DNA of 64,000 nt, taken from positions 96,001 through 160,000 of the forward strand of contig CBDANS010000005.1 in NCBI GenBank assembly GCA_965197745.1, read 5' to 3'. Positions 53,406-63,300 of this stretch are shown piece by piece. The translations under genes and the position numbers were made by a program. Under the pieces are notes generated by a model that was given only the letters and a program-made list of their open reading frames with translations, was not told the DNA's origin and searched no databases. Each line of letters opens with the position of its first letter. Position 1 is the first letter of the stretch. This DNA is from Opitutales bacterium. Its GTDB lineage: Bacteria > Verrucomicrobiota > Verrucomicrobiia > Opitutales > PNEW01.

Positions 53406-54086
53406 TTATCCTCTTGGTGAGATAGTAAAGTTATATGTATCGGTGACTCGTTTGGCATCGTTACCATGATAAATCTGTCCGTTTACCATAATGCTGCGTT
53501 CTCTAAAATTGTAAAAGAGCCGTTCGTTGGCCAAGCCTTCTGAAAGCTCGACGATTGTTTCGTGAGTACCTACGGTTGAGATAGCGGGTATCAATTCTTC
53601 GATTTCTTTGTTTTGATCCGCGCCGGTAATGGTCTCGTCAAATTTCCGGATGGGGCCGGTATTGGCAACGGGATCATCGATGGAACGATAATAGCCAACG
53701 ACCCTTATAATAGGCGGTGAAGTCGTGTCCCAGGGCGCGGGATCAACGCCATAAAATATAAAAACGACGCAATCACCGGCTTCGGCGTCACGCTATCGAT
53801 AATCGGCCCCTGTTGTCGGCGCTGTGGGGTTACGAAAATCGTCATAGAAACTGTCATACATCGTAAAATGATTGGCGCTTCTGGCGTTATCGGTCATTTC
53901 ATTTGTAATTCCCCGGATATCACGATTGATCAGCAGCTTTTGGGTGTTGGCAAAAAGCATCGTATTAGTCTGGAAGAAGAAGCTGGAAACGCCGGCCATG
54001 ACCATTGCGAAAATAGTCATGGTGATAAGAATTTCAGCTAAGGTGAAGCCTTCGTCCAATGAAGAAGTGGTAATTTTTAGTTTCAT
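53406..54086 (-). pseudogene. Prepilin-type (PilW/PulJ-like) minor pilin with an in-frame TAG (53793-53795)
   Basis: 'G|FTLAEILITM' cleavage motif; the same frame continues past TAG to 'FTISPRG*'. Confidence 0.8.
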
Positions 54087-54098
54087 AAATATTGCCTG

Positions 54099-54641
54099 TT
54101 AGAAGGTTGGGACCCATGATTTGACGAATCGAGTCGAGCCGCTTTTCCAGGATGGAGACCCTGTTTCCGGACTTAAATATTGGTAATTCAAAGTAATTTC
54201 AAGGGCTCTAATCCCTATGGCGGGTTCGCAGTTGGTAACGGTAGGAGTAACTTTATACTGCATGACGATTTCTCTAAAGCCTCCGGCGCCATCATCTTTT
54301 AAGTCGATAGCAACCTGCTTGTCATTTTCCGCACCGATTACAAGCGGATCGTCTTCCTCGATATCCGGACCTGCAGCCAGGATGGAAACACTCTTACAAG
54401 GTAGTGGATCACCCGAAAGTATGCAGTCGGTGATGTCGCTATATTGCATGCTTTTTATCTGCTCCATGTATCCTTGAGAGACCGTAAGAGCGGTGTTTTC
54501 ATAAACATTAGATTCTGCCAGACGTCTGCTCAACAAAACCGAGGAAAGGATCGTTAACGAAAGCATGGTGAGCACGCTTAAGGCCAACATAACCTCGATC
54601 AGTGTTAATGCCTGTTTTTTGAGTGAATTTGTGATATTCAT
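54099..54641 (-). CDS. Prepilin-type (PilV/PulI-like) minor pilin
   Basis: 'KKQA|LTLIEVMLAL' motif; ATG at 54641. Confidence 0.8.
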   Translation of the reverse strand: MNITNSLKKQALTLIEVMLALSVLTMLSLTILSSVLLSRRLAESNVYENTALTVSQGYMEQIKSMQYSDITDCILSGDPLPCKSVSILAAGPDIEEDDPLVIGAENDKQVAIDLKDDGAGGFREIVMQYKVTPTVTNCEPAIGIRALEITLNYQYLSPETGSPSWKSGSTRFVKSWVPTF

Positions 54642-54950
54642 TTTTATTGCCGTTAGATCTAAAAACACATTGTTTACCGTTCTCACCATCAACGTGAGCG
54701 GAACGATAATTAATCCCATAAGAATAATTATTTTTCTCTAAATCTCAATTGTAAAAACAAGGTGCTCTAATTTTTAAATATTTTTTACCTTAGAAACTTT
54801 TAGTATTATACCCTATTATAGGGTTAAGTCCTAATCGGTAAATTGTGCCATTATATTACAAATTTTTGACAGGATGCATTTGAACCAATCAATGTAAGCT
54901 TATAAAAGGGAGGAAAGCCTCTTTCGGATTTTACAGAATATTTAAATTAG

Positions 54951-55451
54951 CTATTCCAAATCCGGCACTTCTTTCGCGCGGTCCTTGTCTCGAATATCCG
55001 AAAAGCTAATCAATAAATACGCGAATATCCCGATACAGATACTGCTGTCGGCAAAGTTAAAAGCGGGCCATCGATAACCCGGAAGATGAAAATCGAGAAA
55101 GTCAACAACATGACCGTGCAGGACCCGGTCGAATAAATTACCGAGGATTCCTCCGCAAAGTAGCCCGAATGCTATCTGCATACTTAATCGCTGCAGCATT
55201 AATTCATGCCGGAAATAATAAATGGCGGCTAAAGCCAATAAGGCAAGTAAGGCCAACCAGACGCCATAGCCGCCAAACAGACCCCAGGCTGCTCCCGGAT
55301 TTCCTATATGGACAATGTAAAAAAATTCCGGTATAACTTCAAAGCCACCATTGGGCCAATAACTGCCAAGCGGCAGTTCGGGGTGATTTATGATCCATGC
55401 TTTGCTCAGTTGGTCTGATCCAAAAATCCCAAGCACAAGGGTAAAGAACAA
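54951..55451 (-). CDS. lspA: Lipoprotein signal peptidase II
   Basis: 'DQLSK', 'NPGAAWG', 'GNLFDR', 'VVDFL', 'FNFAD'; frame is open upstream, so the start is uncertain. Confidence 0.95.
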   Translation of the reverse strand: MFFTLVLGIFGSDQLSKAWIINHPELPLGSYWPNGGFEVIPEFFYIVHIGNPGAAWGLFGGYGVWLALLALLALAAIYYFRHELMLQRLSMQIAFGLLCGGILGNLFDRVLHGHVVDFLDFHLPGYRWPAFNFADSSICIGIFAYLLISFSDIRDKDRAKEVPDLE

Positions 55452-55497
55452 CCTGTAAGCGCTGGCCTTATCGAGCAGTGATCCGGGTCTCTCAAGT

Positions 55498-56598
55498 TTA
55501 ATCTTCAGTGTCTTCGTTTGTGAATTGAGCCGTATTCTCTACATTCGAATCTATGAACAGGCCACCCCTTTGGACACTCTTGTGATTGTTTTTCTCATAT
55601 TCTACCTGGCCCTGAACTGAGAAACGAGTGAAAGGAACGGCGGCTAAGCGTTCGCGTTTAATTTGCTGTCCGGTGATTTCACAGATACCATAGGTGCCGT
55701 TTAATATCCTCTCAATCGCTTCATTGATTTCGTAGAGCGCATCCTGCTCATTGGAGACCAGACTCAAAGCAAAATCACGGTCAAAATTATCGGTACCGGC
55801 ATCGGCCATGTGCTGACTATAGCTGGAAAGGTCACCGGTGTCATCTTTTGCTGAACGCTTGAGCGTATCCTGGGTATGAAGATCCAATCCTGACTGTACA
55901 TGCTCTCGAAGATCGAGGAGCATACTGTAGTATTTTTGAAACTTTTTTGGAACTTTCGCGGACGGCTCAAGATCCTCTGATTTCTTCTTGCCTTTTTGAG
56001 CAGGGTTGAATCCCAGGATATCGGTCAGGGAAGCAGCCCCCACCTTGCGGTTTTTTGTTTTCGCGCGTACTTTAACCGTCGTTTTTTTCTTTATTAAATC
56101 AATCCCCTTTTTGGGCTTTTTCCCTTTAGTTTTAGATTTAAGGTCCGTCTTGGGCTCGTCCTGACGGTATTTCAATACATCTCGTACTTCTTCTAAAGAA
56201 AAGACGATGGGTGTATGTTTCTTTGAAGGAAGCTTAAATATTGCCGGTGTGTGTTTTTGCTTACGAGCCAGTTTCTCCAGGGCTAAATTTTGTATAGCCT
56301 TGTTTTTAACAGTTCCTTTTTTTCTGGGTCTACCCCTTGCCTTAACCGGGGCCGTGGTCGAATCCACTTTTGTCTCGCTTTGCTTGACCTTTTTAAGGGG
56401 TTTATTTGTGGACGCCGCTTTTTTAGTTTTTTTGGCGGTTACAGAAGAGGCCTTTTTAGCACTCTTTTTTACCTTCACCTTTTTTTTGGAAGGACTTTTG
56501 GATGATTTTCTTTTCGCCGCAGCTGTTTTTTTTGTGCCAGCGCGTTTGGTGTTAGATTTCTTTTTATTAGGCTTACTTTTTTTCTTTGTTTTTTTCAT
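55498..56598 (-). CDS. dksA: DksA/TraR family protein with long Lys-rich N-terminal extension
   Basis: 'HMADAGTD', 'AIERI..GTYGICE.TG..I..ERL.AVP'. Confidence 0.85.
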   Translation of the reverse strand: MKKTKKKSKPNKKKSNTKRAGTKKTAAAKRKSSKSPSKKKVKVKKSAKKASSVTAKKTKKAASTNKPLKKVKQSETKVDSTTAPVKARGRPRKKGTVKNKAIQNLALEKLARKQKHTPAIFKLPSKKHTPIVFSLEEVRDVLKYRQDEPKTDLKSKTKGKKPKKGIDLIKKKTTVKVRAKTKNRKVGAASLTDILGFNPAQKGKKKSEDLEPSAKVPKKFQKYYSMLLDLREHVQSGLDLHTQDTLKRSAKDDTGDLSSYSQHMADAGTDNFDRDFALSLVSNEQDALYEINEAIERILNGTYGICEITGQQIKRERLAAVPFTRFSVQGQVEYEKNNHKSVQRGGLFIDSNVENTAQFTNEDTED

Positions 56599-56610
56599 GA
56601 TGGGATCTGC

Positions 56611-59424
56611 CTATTTTATGATGTTGGTTGCTGTTTCCATGCAGCGAGGACAAATTTCTCCATGGGTTTCGGTTGTATTAAGTTCTTTTACCCAACGCCA
56701 GCACCGCGGGCATCGTGAGCCATCAGCATGACTGGCTGAGATCGTTAAAGAATCATCCTTTTTATCATCGGATTCCAAATAGACTTGGGACACGATAAAA
56801 AGTTCCGGTAGATGTTCAACATAACTTTGAAGAAGGTGGAAAGTTTCATTTTTAGAATCTCCTCTTATTATAACAGTAGCATCAAGAGATTGTCCGATCT
56901 CTTTATCCCTACGTAGTGATTCAAGTTTTTCATTTACGGTGTCACGCGTCTTCAATAGCTTATCTATGTCTTGACCTGCCTGTGCATGTTGCCATGTTTC
57001 GGGCGCTTCTGGCCAGGTCTCCAGGTGGATAGAACCCGAGGGGAAATCCTCATTGGATTGTGCGTAGGCGTGGGCTTCATCGGTAGTGAACACCAGAATT
57101 GGAGCTAATAATTTAGTAAGGGTATCAAAAATAAGATGGATCGCGGTTTGCGCTGATCGCCGCTCATGCGACACCGCATCCAATGTGTAGAGCCGGTCTT
57201 TCAAGATGTCATGATAGGTAGATGAAAGAGTGACCGAACAGAATTTATTGCAAAGCTGATAAACTTTGTGGAATTCATAAGCCTCGTAAGCCACCGTCAC
57301 GGGTTTGATTAATGCCGCCGTCTTATAAAGTGCCCATTGATCAAGAGGCAGTAGTTTTGTCAGCGGCACGGCATTCTCAGAAGGGTGGAAATCATAGAGG
57401 TTTGAAATCTGGAAGCGCAGGGTGTTGCGCATCAAGCGGTATGTTTCAGATACCCGTTTGAAACTTTCATCCGAGACCGTTATGTCATTGCGATAATCTT
57501 CACTGGCGATCCACAGTCTGAGATTGTCCGCGCCTATCTTATTAATAAGCTTTTGTGGAGATACTACATTGCCTTTGGATTTGCTCATGGCATTTCCCTC
57601 GCTATCGAGAATGAAACCATGAGTTAAGACTTCCTTAAAGGGGGCTCGGTCTCTGGCTCCAATTGAGGTGAGGAGGGCGGCTTGAAACCATCCACGGTGT
57701 TGATCACTCCCTTCGAGATAGAGATCTGCTGGCGAGGATAATCTATCATCCTGTTCGAGGCAAGCTACGTGGCTGGCCCCTGAGTCGAACCAGACATCAA
57801 GAATATCAAACTCTTTTTCAAAATCATCGGGACTGTCCTCTCCTGTAGGTTCATAGATAAAATCGTCGGGTAAAATCCGGTCAAGCGGTTCAGAAAACCA
57901 CATGTCAGTGCCATTTACCGAGACGTCCTTCATAAATTTATCAATGATTCGTAGATCAAGAATAGAATCGCCGCTTTTTTTAGAGCGAAGAGCAGGTATG
58001 GGGACGCCCCATGCGCGTTGGCGTGAAATGCACCAGTCCGGTCGGCATTCAACCATTGAGCGTATGCGATTTTGACCCCAGCTCGGGAACCACTTCACGG
58101 ATTTGTCTATGGCTTCCAGGCTCTTTTTTCTAACCTCTTTCCACTCCAGTTCCATGAACCATTGTTCAGTGGCTCGGAAAATGATCGGCTTTTTACTTCT
58201 CCAACTGTGGGGATAATCATGAGTTACTTTACCCGCAGCAATGAGGATCCCTTTCTCCTGCAATTTATTTATAATCGCGGGATTGGCTTCAAAGACGTTT
58301 TGGCCTTCCATCTCGGGATAGTCCCCGGTGAATTTTCCGCGTTCATCGACGGGAACAATGACCGGGAGGTCGTATTGCTTTCCGATTTCGAAATCATCAT
58401 GACCATGCCCGGGAGCGGTGTGCACACAACCTGTCCCCTGTTCAAGATTTACATGTTCGGCGAGCATAATCAGGCTTTCTCGATCCGGAAAGATTGGGTG
58501 ATCGCATATTCCCCGTTCCAATTCGCTGGCATGAAAAGTGGCAGCGACTTTTGCTTCTTCAATTTTGCAGTCCTTAAGAAATGATTCCATCAAACCTTTA
58601 GCAACGATGGAAACTTGCCCCGCGTGCTCGAGGGCAACATAATCCAATTTGGGGTGAAGGCATACCCCAAGATTTGCGGGCAAGGTCCAGGGGGTCGTTG
58701 TCCAGATTACAAGTGAGACATTCTCGAGGTTTTTGACCGAGGGAAAATTTTCACTATGGCGCAAGGGGAATCTTACATAAATCGAATCTGATTCTCGCGG
58801 GTGATATTCAATTTCTGCTTCAGCCAGAGCCGTTCTGAATACGGGGTCCCAATGAACACTTTTAAATCCCTTGCGCACGAGACCCTGGGTGACGAGATCA
58901 CGAAGGACACTTAATATACCGTACTCAAAGGCAGGGTCGAAGGTTGTGTAAGGGTTTTCCCATTCACCGAGAATACCCAGGCGAATGAATTGATCTCTCT
59001 GCACATTAATATAGTCAGCTGCATAGTCATGGCAGAGTTTTCGTATTTTCGTCGGTTCCATATCGTGAATTTTAGAGCCGATTTTTTTTAAAATTTGTTG
59101 CTCAATAGGCAGGCCGTGACAATCCCAACCGGGAACATAGGGAGTCCGAAAACCTCGCATGGACTTATAGCGAAGGATGATATCCTTGAGGATTTTATTG
59201 AGAGCATGTCCCATATGGATATCGCCGTTGGCGTAAGGCGGACCATCGTGAAGGATGAATGTTTCCCCGCCCGCATTCTTTTTTTGAATGGCTTGGTACA
59301 AGCCAGTCTTATCCCAATGAATAATCCTCTCTGGCTCGCGGGCGACAAGATTGGCCCGCATCGGAAAATTCGTTTTTGGGAGATTGAGCGTATCTTTGTA
59401 ATCGTCAGCCATATGCGATAGCAT
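56611..59424 (-). CDS. ileS: Isoleucyl-tRNA synthetase (type 1)
   Basis: 'LHDGPPYANG.IHMGH', 'GWDCHGLPIE', 'WTTTPWT', 'MSKS', C-terminal zinc motif; likely start ATG MADDY. Confidence 0.98.
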   Translation of the reverse strand: MLSHMADDYKDTLNLPKTNFPMRANLVAREPERIIHWDKTGLYQAIQKKNAGGETFILHDGPPYANGDIHMGHALNKILKDIILRYKSMRGFRTPYVPGWDCHGLPIEQQILKKIGSKIHDMEPTKIRKLCHDYAADYINVQRDQFIRLGILGEWENPYTTFDPAFEYGILSVLRDLVTQGLVRKGFKSVHWDPVFRTALAEAEIEYHPRESDSIYVRFPLRHSENFPSVKNLENVSLVIWTTTPWTLPANLGVCLHPKLDYVALEHAGQVSIVAKGLMESFLKDCKIEEAKVAATFHASELERGICDHPIFPDRESLIMLAEHVNLEQGTGCVHTAPGHGHDDFEIGKQYDLPVIVPVDERGKFTGDYPEMEGQNVFEANPAIINKLQEKGILIAAGKVTHDYPHSWRSKKPIIFRATEQWFMELEWKEVRKKSLEAIDKSVKWFPSWGQNRIRSMVECRPDWCISRQRAWGVPIPALRSKKSGDSILDLRIIDKFMKDVSVNGTDMWFSEPLDRILPDDFIYEPTGEDSPDDFEKEFDILDVWFDSGASHVACLEQDDRLSSPADLYLEGSDQHRGWFQAALLTSIGARDRAPFKEVLTHGFILDSEGNAMSKSKGNVVSPQKLINKIGADNLRLWIASEDYRNDITVSDESFKRVSETYRLMRNTLRFQISNLYDFHPSENAVPLTKLLPLDQWALYKTAALIKPVTVAYEAYEFHKVYQLCNKFCSVTLSSTYHDILKDRLYTLDAVSHERRSAQTAIHLIFDTLTKLLAPILVFTTDEAHAYAQSNEDFPSGSIHLETWPEAPETWQHAQAGQDIDKLLKTRDTVNEKLESLRRDKEIGQSLDATVIIRGDSKNETFHLLQSYVEHLPELFIVSQVYLESDDKKDDSLTISASHADGSRCPRCWRWVKELNTTETHGEICPRCMETATNIIK

Positions 59425-59678
59425 CTCCCGGATTGATGAATAAAGCGGAAAAAGGTGGGTGAGTTATCGCGGCAAGTCAAGCTAAGATGGCGAGAATTTA
59501 ATAGATGGTGCAATTTAAAATACGATGAAAGGAGCGATACTATTGCTCTAAGGCTCTAAGGCTGAATTCCTGAGATTATATTCCAGATACAGTCAGATTT
59601 GTCCTCTCCGCCTTTTGAGGGAACGATTGGCATTCTCCATTGACACAATATAAGCCCGTATTGAACTTTTAAGAGAAG

Positions 59679-61043
59679 ATGGTTAAAACGAACCTCTTTT
59701 GGCTACAGGATAAACTGAGCCGTATACTGTTTATTATTATTTCAAGCAGCCTGACGGTAGTGAGTGCCGGCGCGACCGGGAGTGTAAGTTTTGAGAACTT
59801 ACTCAATTCCGTGGTCCGGATTGATGTGCGCGAAGCGACATTTTCCGCAGGAGCTAAGCGCAGTAGAAGGGGGGTCGGTTCGGGAGTCATTATGTCAAAA
59901 AAAGGGCATATATTAACTAATGCGCATGTGGTGAGTCCTAATGCCGAAGAAATCTCAGTTACCCTCACGAACCTCGAGCGGGTGAAGGCAAAGCTGATAG
60001 GGTGGGACCATTGGACTGATTTAGCCCTAATACAGCTCGACTTGGATGAGCTTCATAAGCGTAACCTGGATTTTTCCTTTGCCACTTTTGGAGATTCAGA
60101 CAAGCTCTATCCCGGTCAGACCGTTCACGCCGTAGGAACGCCAAATGGGCTCTCCAGGACCGTAACTCGCGGCATCATATCGAATACTAACCGGTATTTT
60201 GAGGGTGCGGATCTGATTCGTGGTCACGAGACGGGTTATTTTAATACATGGCTTCAAACGGACGCCGCGATTAACCCCGGCAACAGCGGGGGGCCGCTGG
60301 TCACCGAAAAGGGCAGGGTAATAGGCATCAATACGCGGAGTTACCTGGGGGCCAATAATCTTAGTTTCGCCGTTCCCGCTTCGATTGCAGAATTTGTTAT
60401 GGGTGGCTTGTTGGAGGATGGTGAAATTGTGCGGAGTTACATTGGGCTCGTGCCTGGACCGCTACAGGATCTGGAATCCTTTTATGATCTCGAAGTTAAC
60501 AGGGGGGTGCTTATAAACAGTATTGACCCGGGTTCGCCCGCAAGCGAGTCAGACCTTCGCCCCGGTGATATCGTACTCACTATTGACGGGGAAGAAGTTG
60601 ATGGTCGATTTCCAGAACAATTACCACCGATTGGCAATAAAATTGCCAGTTATCCGGTCGGTTCAATAATTCAGTTAGAAATAAAACGTCCTGCAGGAAT
60701 TTCTACGGTTGAAGTTAAGACCGAGACGCTGGAGAGCCGTGTTGGTGAATTGTGGGCTTTTGATAATTGGGGCATGAGCGTAGAAAAAGTAACTCGCGCT
60801 GTGGCTCGAGAAAAAAAACTTCCATCCGAAGACGGGGTGCGCGTAATTGGAATTCAACCTGCCTTTCCTGCTGAAAACACCGGCTTGCGTCGTGGCGATA
60901 TTATAACTACGGCAAACAGGCTTCCCATCGATTCCTTAAATAAGTTGAAAGCTATCTATAAAGAATTTGAGGATAATCCGGATAAAGTGCTTCTTGAGAT
61001 CTGGCGTTCCCGTAAAGTGCTGTATTTCGTTCTTAAACCGTAA
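59679..61043 (+). CDS. HtrA/DegP-like serine protease with two PDZ domains
   Basis: Catalytic triad 'TNAHVV', 'TDLA', 'GNSGGPL'. Confidence 0.92.
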   Translation: MVKTNLFWLQDKLSRILFIIISSSLTVVSAGATGSVSFENLLNSVVRIDVREATFSAGAKRSRRGVGSGVIMSKKGHILTNAHVVSPNAEEISVTLTNLERVKAKLIGWDHWTDLALIQLDLDELHKRNLDFSFATFGDSDKLYPGQTVHAVGTPNGLSRTVTRGIISNTNRYFEGADLIRGHETGYFNTWLQTDAAINPGNSGGPLVTEKGRVIGINTRSYLGANNLSFAVPASIAEFVMGGLLEDGEIVRSYIGLVPGPLQDLESFYDLEVNRGVLINSIDPGSPASESDLRPGDIVLTIDGEEVDGRFPEQLPPIGNKIASYPVGSIIQLEIKRPAGISTVEVKTETLESRVGELWAFDNWGMSVEKVTRAVAREKKLPSEDGVRVIGIQPAFPAENTGLRRGDIITTANRLPIDSLNKLKAIYKEFEDNPDKVLLEIWRSRKVLYFVLKP

Positions 61044-61161
61044 TAAAAATATGTTTAGGAAAATGATTCGGGTGCGTGGGCAGTATACCGTGATCGGTGG
61101 CGAACGACGATTAATCTTATTTTCTATTATGAATTTTAAATCTTTATAAGAGGACTGGAGT

Positions 61162-62565
61162 TTGAAACAATTTACTAAACTGGCTCCTGTTTTATTTTCC
61201 TTTTGCGTATGTGGGGTTATTAGCTTCTCAATGGGGAATCCCTTTCCTGACAATATTGACGAACTTTTTGAAGAGCGTGTTCATAGTATCGTAGCCGTTG
61301 AATATTTTATCCAACGGGAGATTGAGCGCCAGCCAACAAACAATGCGGGCCTGGTCCTGGATGAAGACGGAGTAATCGTTTTATTAGAAAGAGCGGTGCC
61401 CCTTTGGCTGCCCCCTGAACAATTTAAAGATTTCAAGATATACATTCCCGGCAGAGACGAAGATGGGTTTGATGCCGAGTATCTCGGCCATGACTATCTC
61501 AATGGCTGGCACTATCTTAGGGCAGCCGAGGAAGCCCGTCCCCACTTAACGCCTATTTCCCGCTTCGAGAGTACGATGCCTGGTATCGGTCATACCCTTT
61601 GGGGCATTGGGGTAATGGATAAAGAATTTAATTTTGAACCTTATTTACTCGATGGTCGGTTATCACAAATACAAAATTTACCGCTGGCCATGGGATTTTC
61701 TCAATCCCCTTTATCGGTTCCAGGAGGACCTGTCTTTGATGCGGGTGGTCGCTTTGTCGGATGGGCTAACAATTCCCTGGCTCATGAGCGTTATCTCTAT
61801 ATGCCGTCGGATCAATATTTAGTCAGGATGCGCAACGCTCGTGAGAGTGAAACTTTTCTCCTTGCCGATGATTTTTTTAAAAACGCTGGTCGTATCCCTT
61901 CTCGAAAAGTTGGCGATCCCCTGCCGTGGATTGGGGTGGCCGGAGTGCAAGCAGTCGATCGTGAAGTTGCACGGTTTATAGGTTTGGAAGATCAGGGCGC
62001 AGTGATTATCAGCACCGTCCTTGATAACAGTCCCGCGTCAGATGCGCGTCTTAAGGAAAAAGATATTGTCGTCGCCATAGATGGTAAGACCCTGCCTAAA
62101 TTTAAACCTAATATGGTTGTCAAAAGTTATTTCGAGCGTCAAATAATGCATCGAAAACCGGGCGAGGAAATAGCATTGACGGTGCTCCGCGGAGAGGAAC
62201 GAATAAGGCTCGAATTAACGGTAAGAGGTCATCCAAAACCCTATAATCAGGCCCAGCGAAAATATTATCCTGAACTCGGTTTTACGATTCGGGAATTTGT
62301 ATTAGGTGATGCTATCACGCGCCGGGTTCCCAGAAGCGATATGTCAGGTGTTATTGTCTCTTTTGTAAATCATAACAGTCCCGTTGTTTCCGCCGGGCTC
62401 CTGAAAAGGGACTGGATAAAAGAGATTGATGGAAACCATCTTTCCGATTACGCCACTGCTGAAAAGATGCTTGAAGCAATCGTATCTGAGAAGAACCGCC
62501 ATGATTATGTTCTCCTGATCAGTCGAGATAATGAAACCTCGGTCTTGCGTGTCGAGCTTAGGTAG
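61162..62565 (+). CDS. Degenerate trypsin-like plus two PDZ domain protein
   Basis: Signal peptide, PDZ motifs 'WIGV', 'SPA...L...DIVVAIDG'; 'SVPGGPV' in place of GNSGGP. Confidence 0.8.
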   Translation: MKQFTKLAPVLFSFCVCGVISFSMGNPFPDNIDELFEERVHSIVAVEYFIQREIERQPTNNAGLVLDEDGVIVLLERAVPLWLPPEQFKDFKIYIPGRDEDGFDAEYLGHDYLNGWHYLRAAEEARPHLTPISRFESTMPGIGHTLWGIGVMDKEFNFEPYLLDGRLSQIQNLPLAMGFSQSPLSVPGGPVFDAGGRFVGWANNSLAHERYLYMPSDQYLVRMRNARESETFLLADDFFKNAGRIPSRKVGDPLPWIGVAGVQAVDREVARFIGLEDQGAVIISTVLDNSPASDARLKEKDIVVAIDGKTLPKFKPNMVVKSYFERQIMHRKPGEEIALTVLRGEERIRLELTVRGHPKPYNQAQRKYYPELGFTIREFVLGDAITRRVPRSDMSGVIVSFVNHNSPVVSAGLLKRDWIKEIDGNHLSDYATAEKMLEAIVSEKNRHDYVLLISRDNETSVLRVELR

Positions 62566-62583
62566 TTTTAAGATGTTAGCTGT

Positions 62584-63240
62584 ATGTTTACCGGTATCGT
62601 TGAAGAGACAGGGCGTGTACTCCAGTTATATGAGAATACAGACTCTTGGATATTAAAAGTCGGCGCTGAAAAGATTCAATCGGGGATGGCTATCGGTGAC
62701 AGTGTAGCCGTTAATGGCTGCTGTTTAACGGTAACGGCATTCGACGCAAATTCTGTCACATTTGATTTACTTGCAGAAACGGTGTCATTGACCTCATTCG
62801 ATTTATTGAAAGAAATTCCATCACAAAATCAGGTTCAACGTTCTGGGAGTGATGTTATCTCGATCAGTGACTATAATTATGATCTCAGTGTAAACCTGGA
62901 ACAGAGTTTAAAATTTGGCGGCAGCATGGGGGGTCATTTTCTTACGGGACATATTGATACAACAGGCAAGGTTACTATTTTTGAACAACGCGGCAAAGAT
63001 CACTATTTGCGCGTAGAGCCACCCCGTAATTTTCTGCGTTATATAGTATATAAAGGCAGTATCGCTATTGACGGGGTCTCCCTTACGGTAGCAGAAATAG
63101 ATGAAACTGGATTTGCGGTCTGGTTAATTCCTCACACCCTGGAGGTCACTAATTTTAAAGAGCGTCAAAGTGGCGACACCGTAAATCTGGAGTTCGATTT
63201 ATTGGCAAAATATGTCGAGAAACTTTTAAATAAAGAGTAA
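62584..63240 (+). CDS. ribE: Riboflavin synthase alpha chain
   Basis: 'MFTGIVEE', 'SVAVNGCCLTV', 'GGHFLTGHID', 'KGSIAIDGVSLTV', 'IPHT', 'VNLE.D'. Confidence 0.96.
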   Translation: MFTGIVEETGRVLQLYENTDSWILKVGAEKIQSGMAIGDSVAVNGCCLTVTAFDANSVTFDLLAETVSLTSFDLLKEIPSQNQVQRSGSDVISISDYNYDLSVNLEQSLKFGGSMGGHFLTGHIDTTGKVTIFEQRGKDHYLRVEPPRNFLRYIVYKGSIAIDGVSLTVAEIDETGFAVWLIPHTLEVTNFKERQSGDTVNLEFDLLAKYVEKLLNKE

Positions 63241-63300
63241 TCTGCTGGCCTATAAAATGATTGCTGAAATAAATCTGATAATGTTAAAAAGACATTGAGT

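Noticed and set aside
36517..53795. Stop-codon reassignment explaining the in-frame stops
   Set aside because: The internal stops are of all three kinds (TAA, TAG, TGA), all three also end normal genes here, and frameshifts co-occur
56207..56731. 174-aa hydrophobic + strand ORF
   Set aside because: Antisense shadow of the Lys-rich dksA codons (AAA reads as TTT); the other short antisense or overlapping ORFs in the track were dismissed likewise
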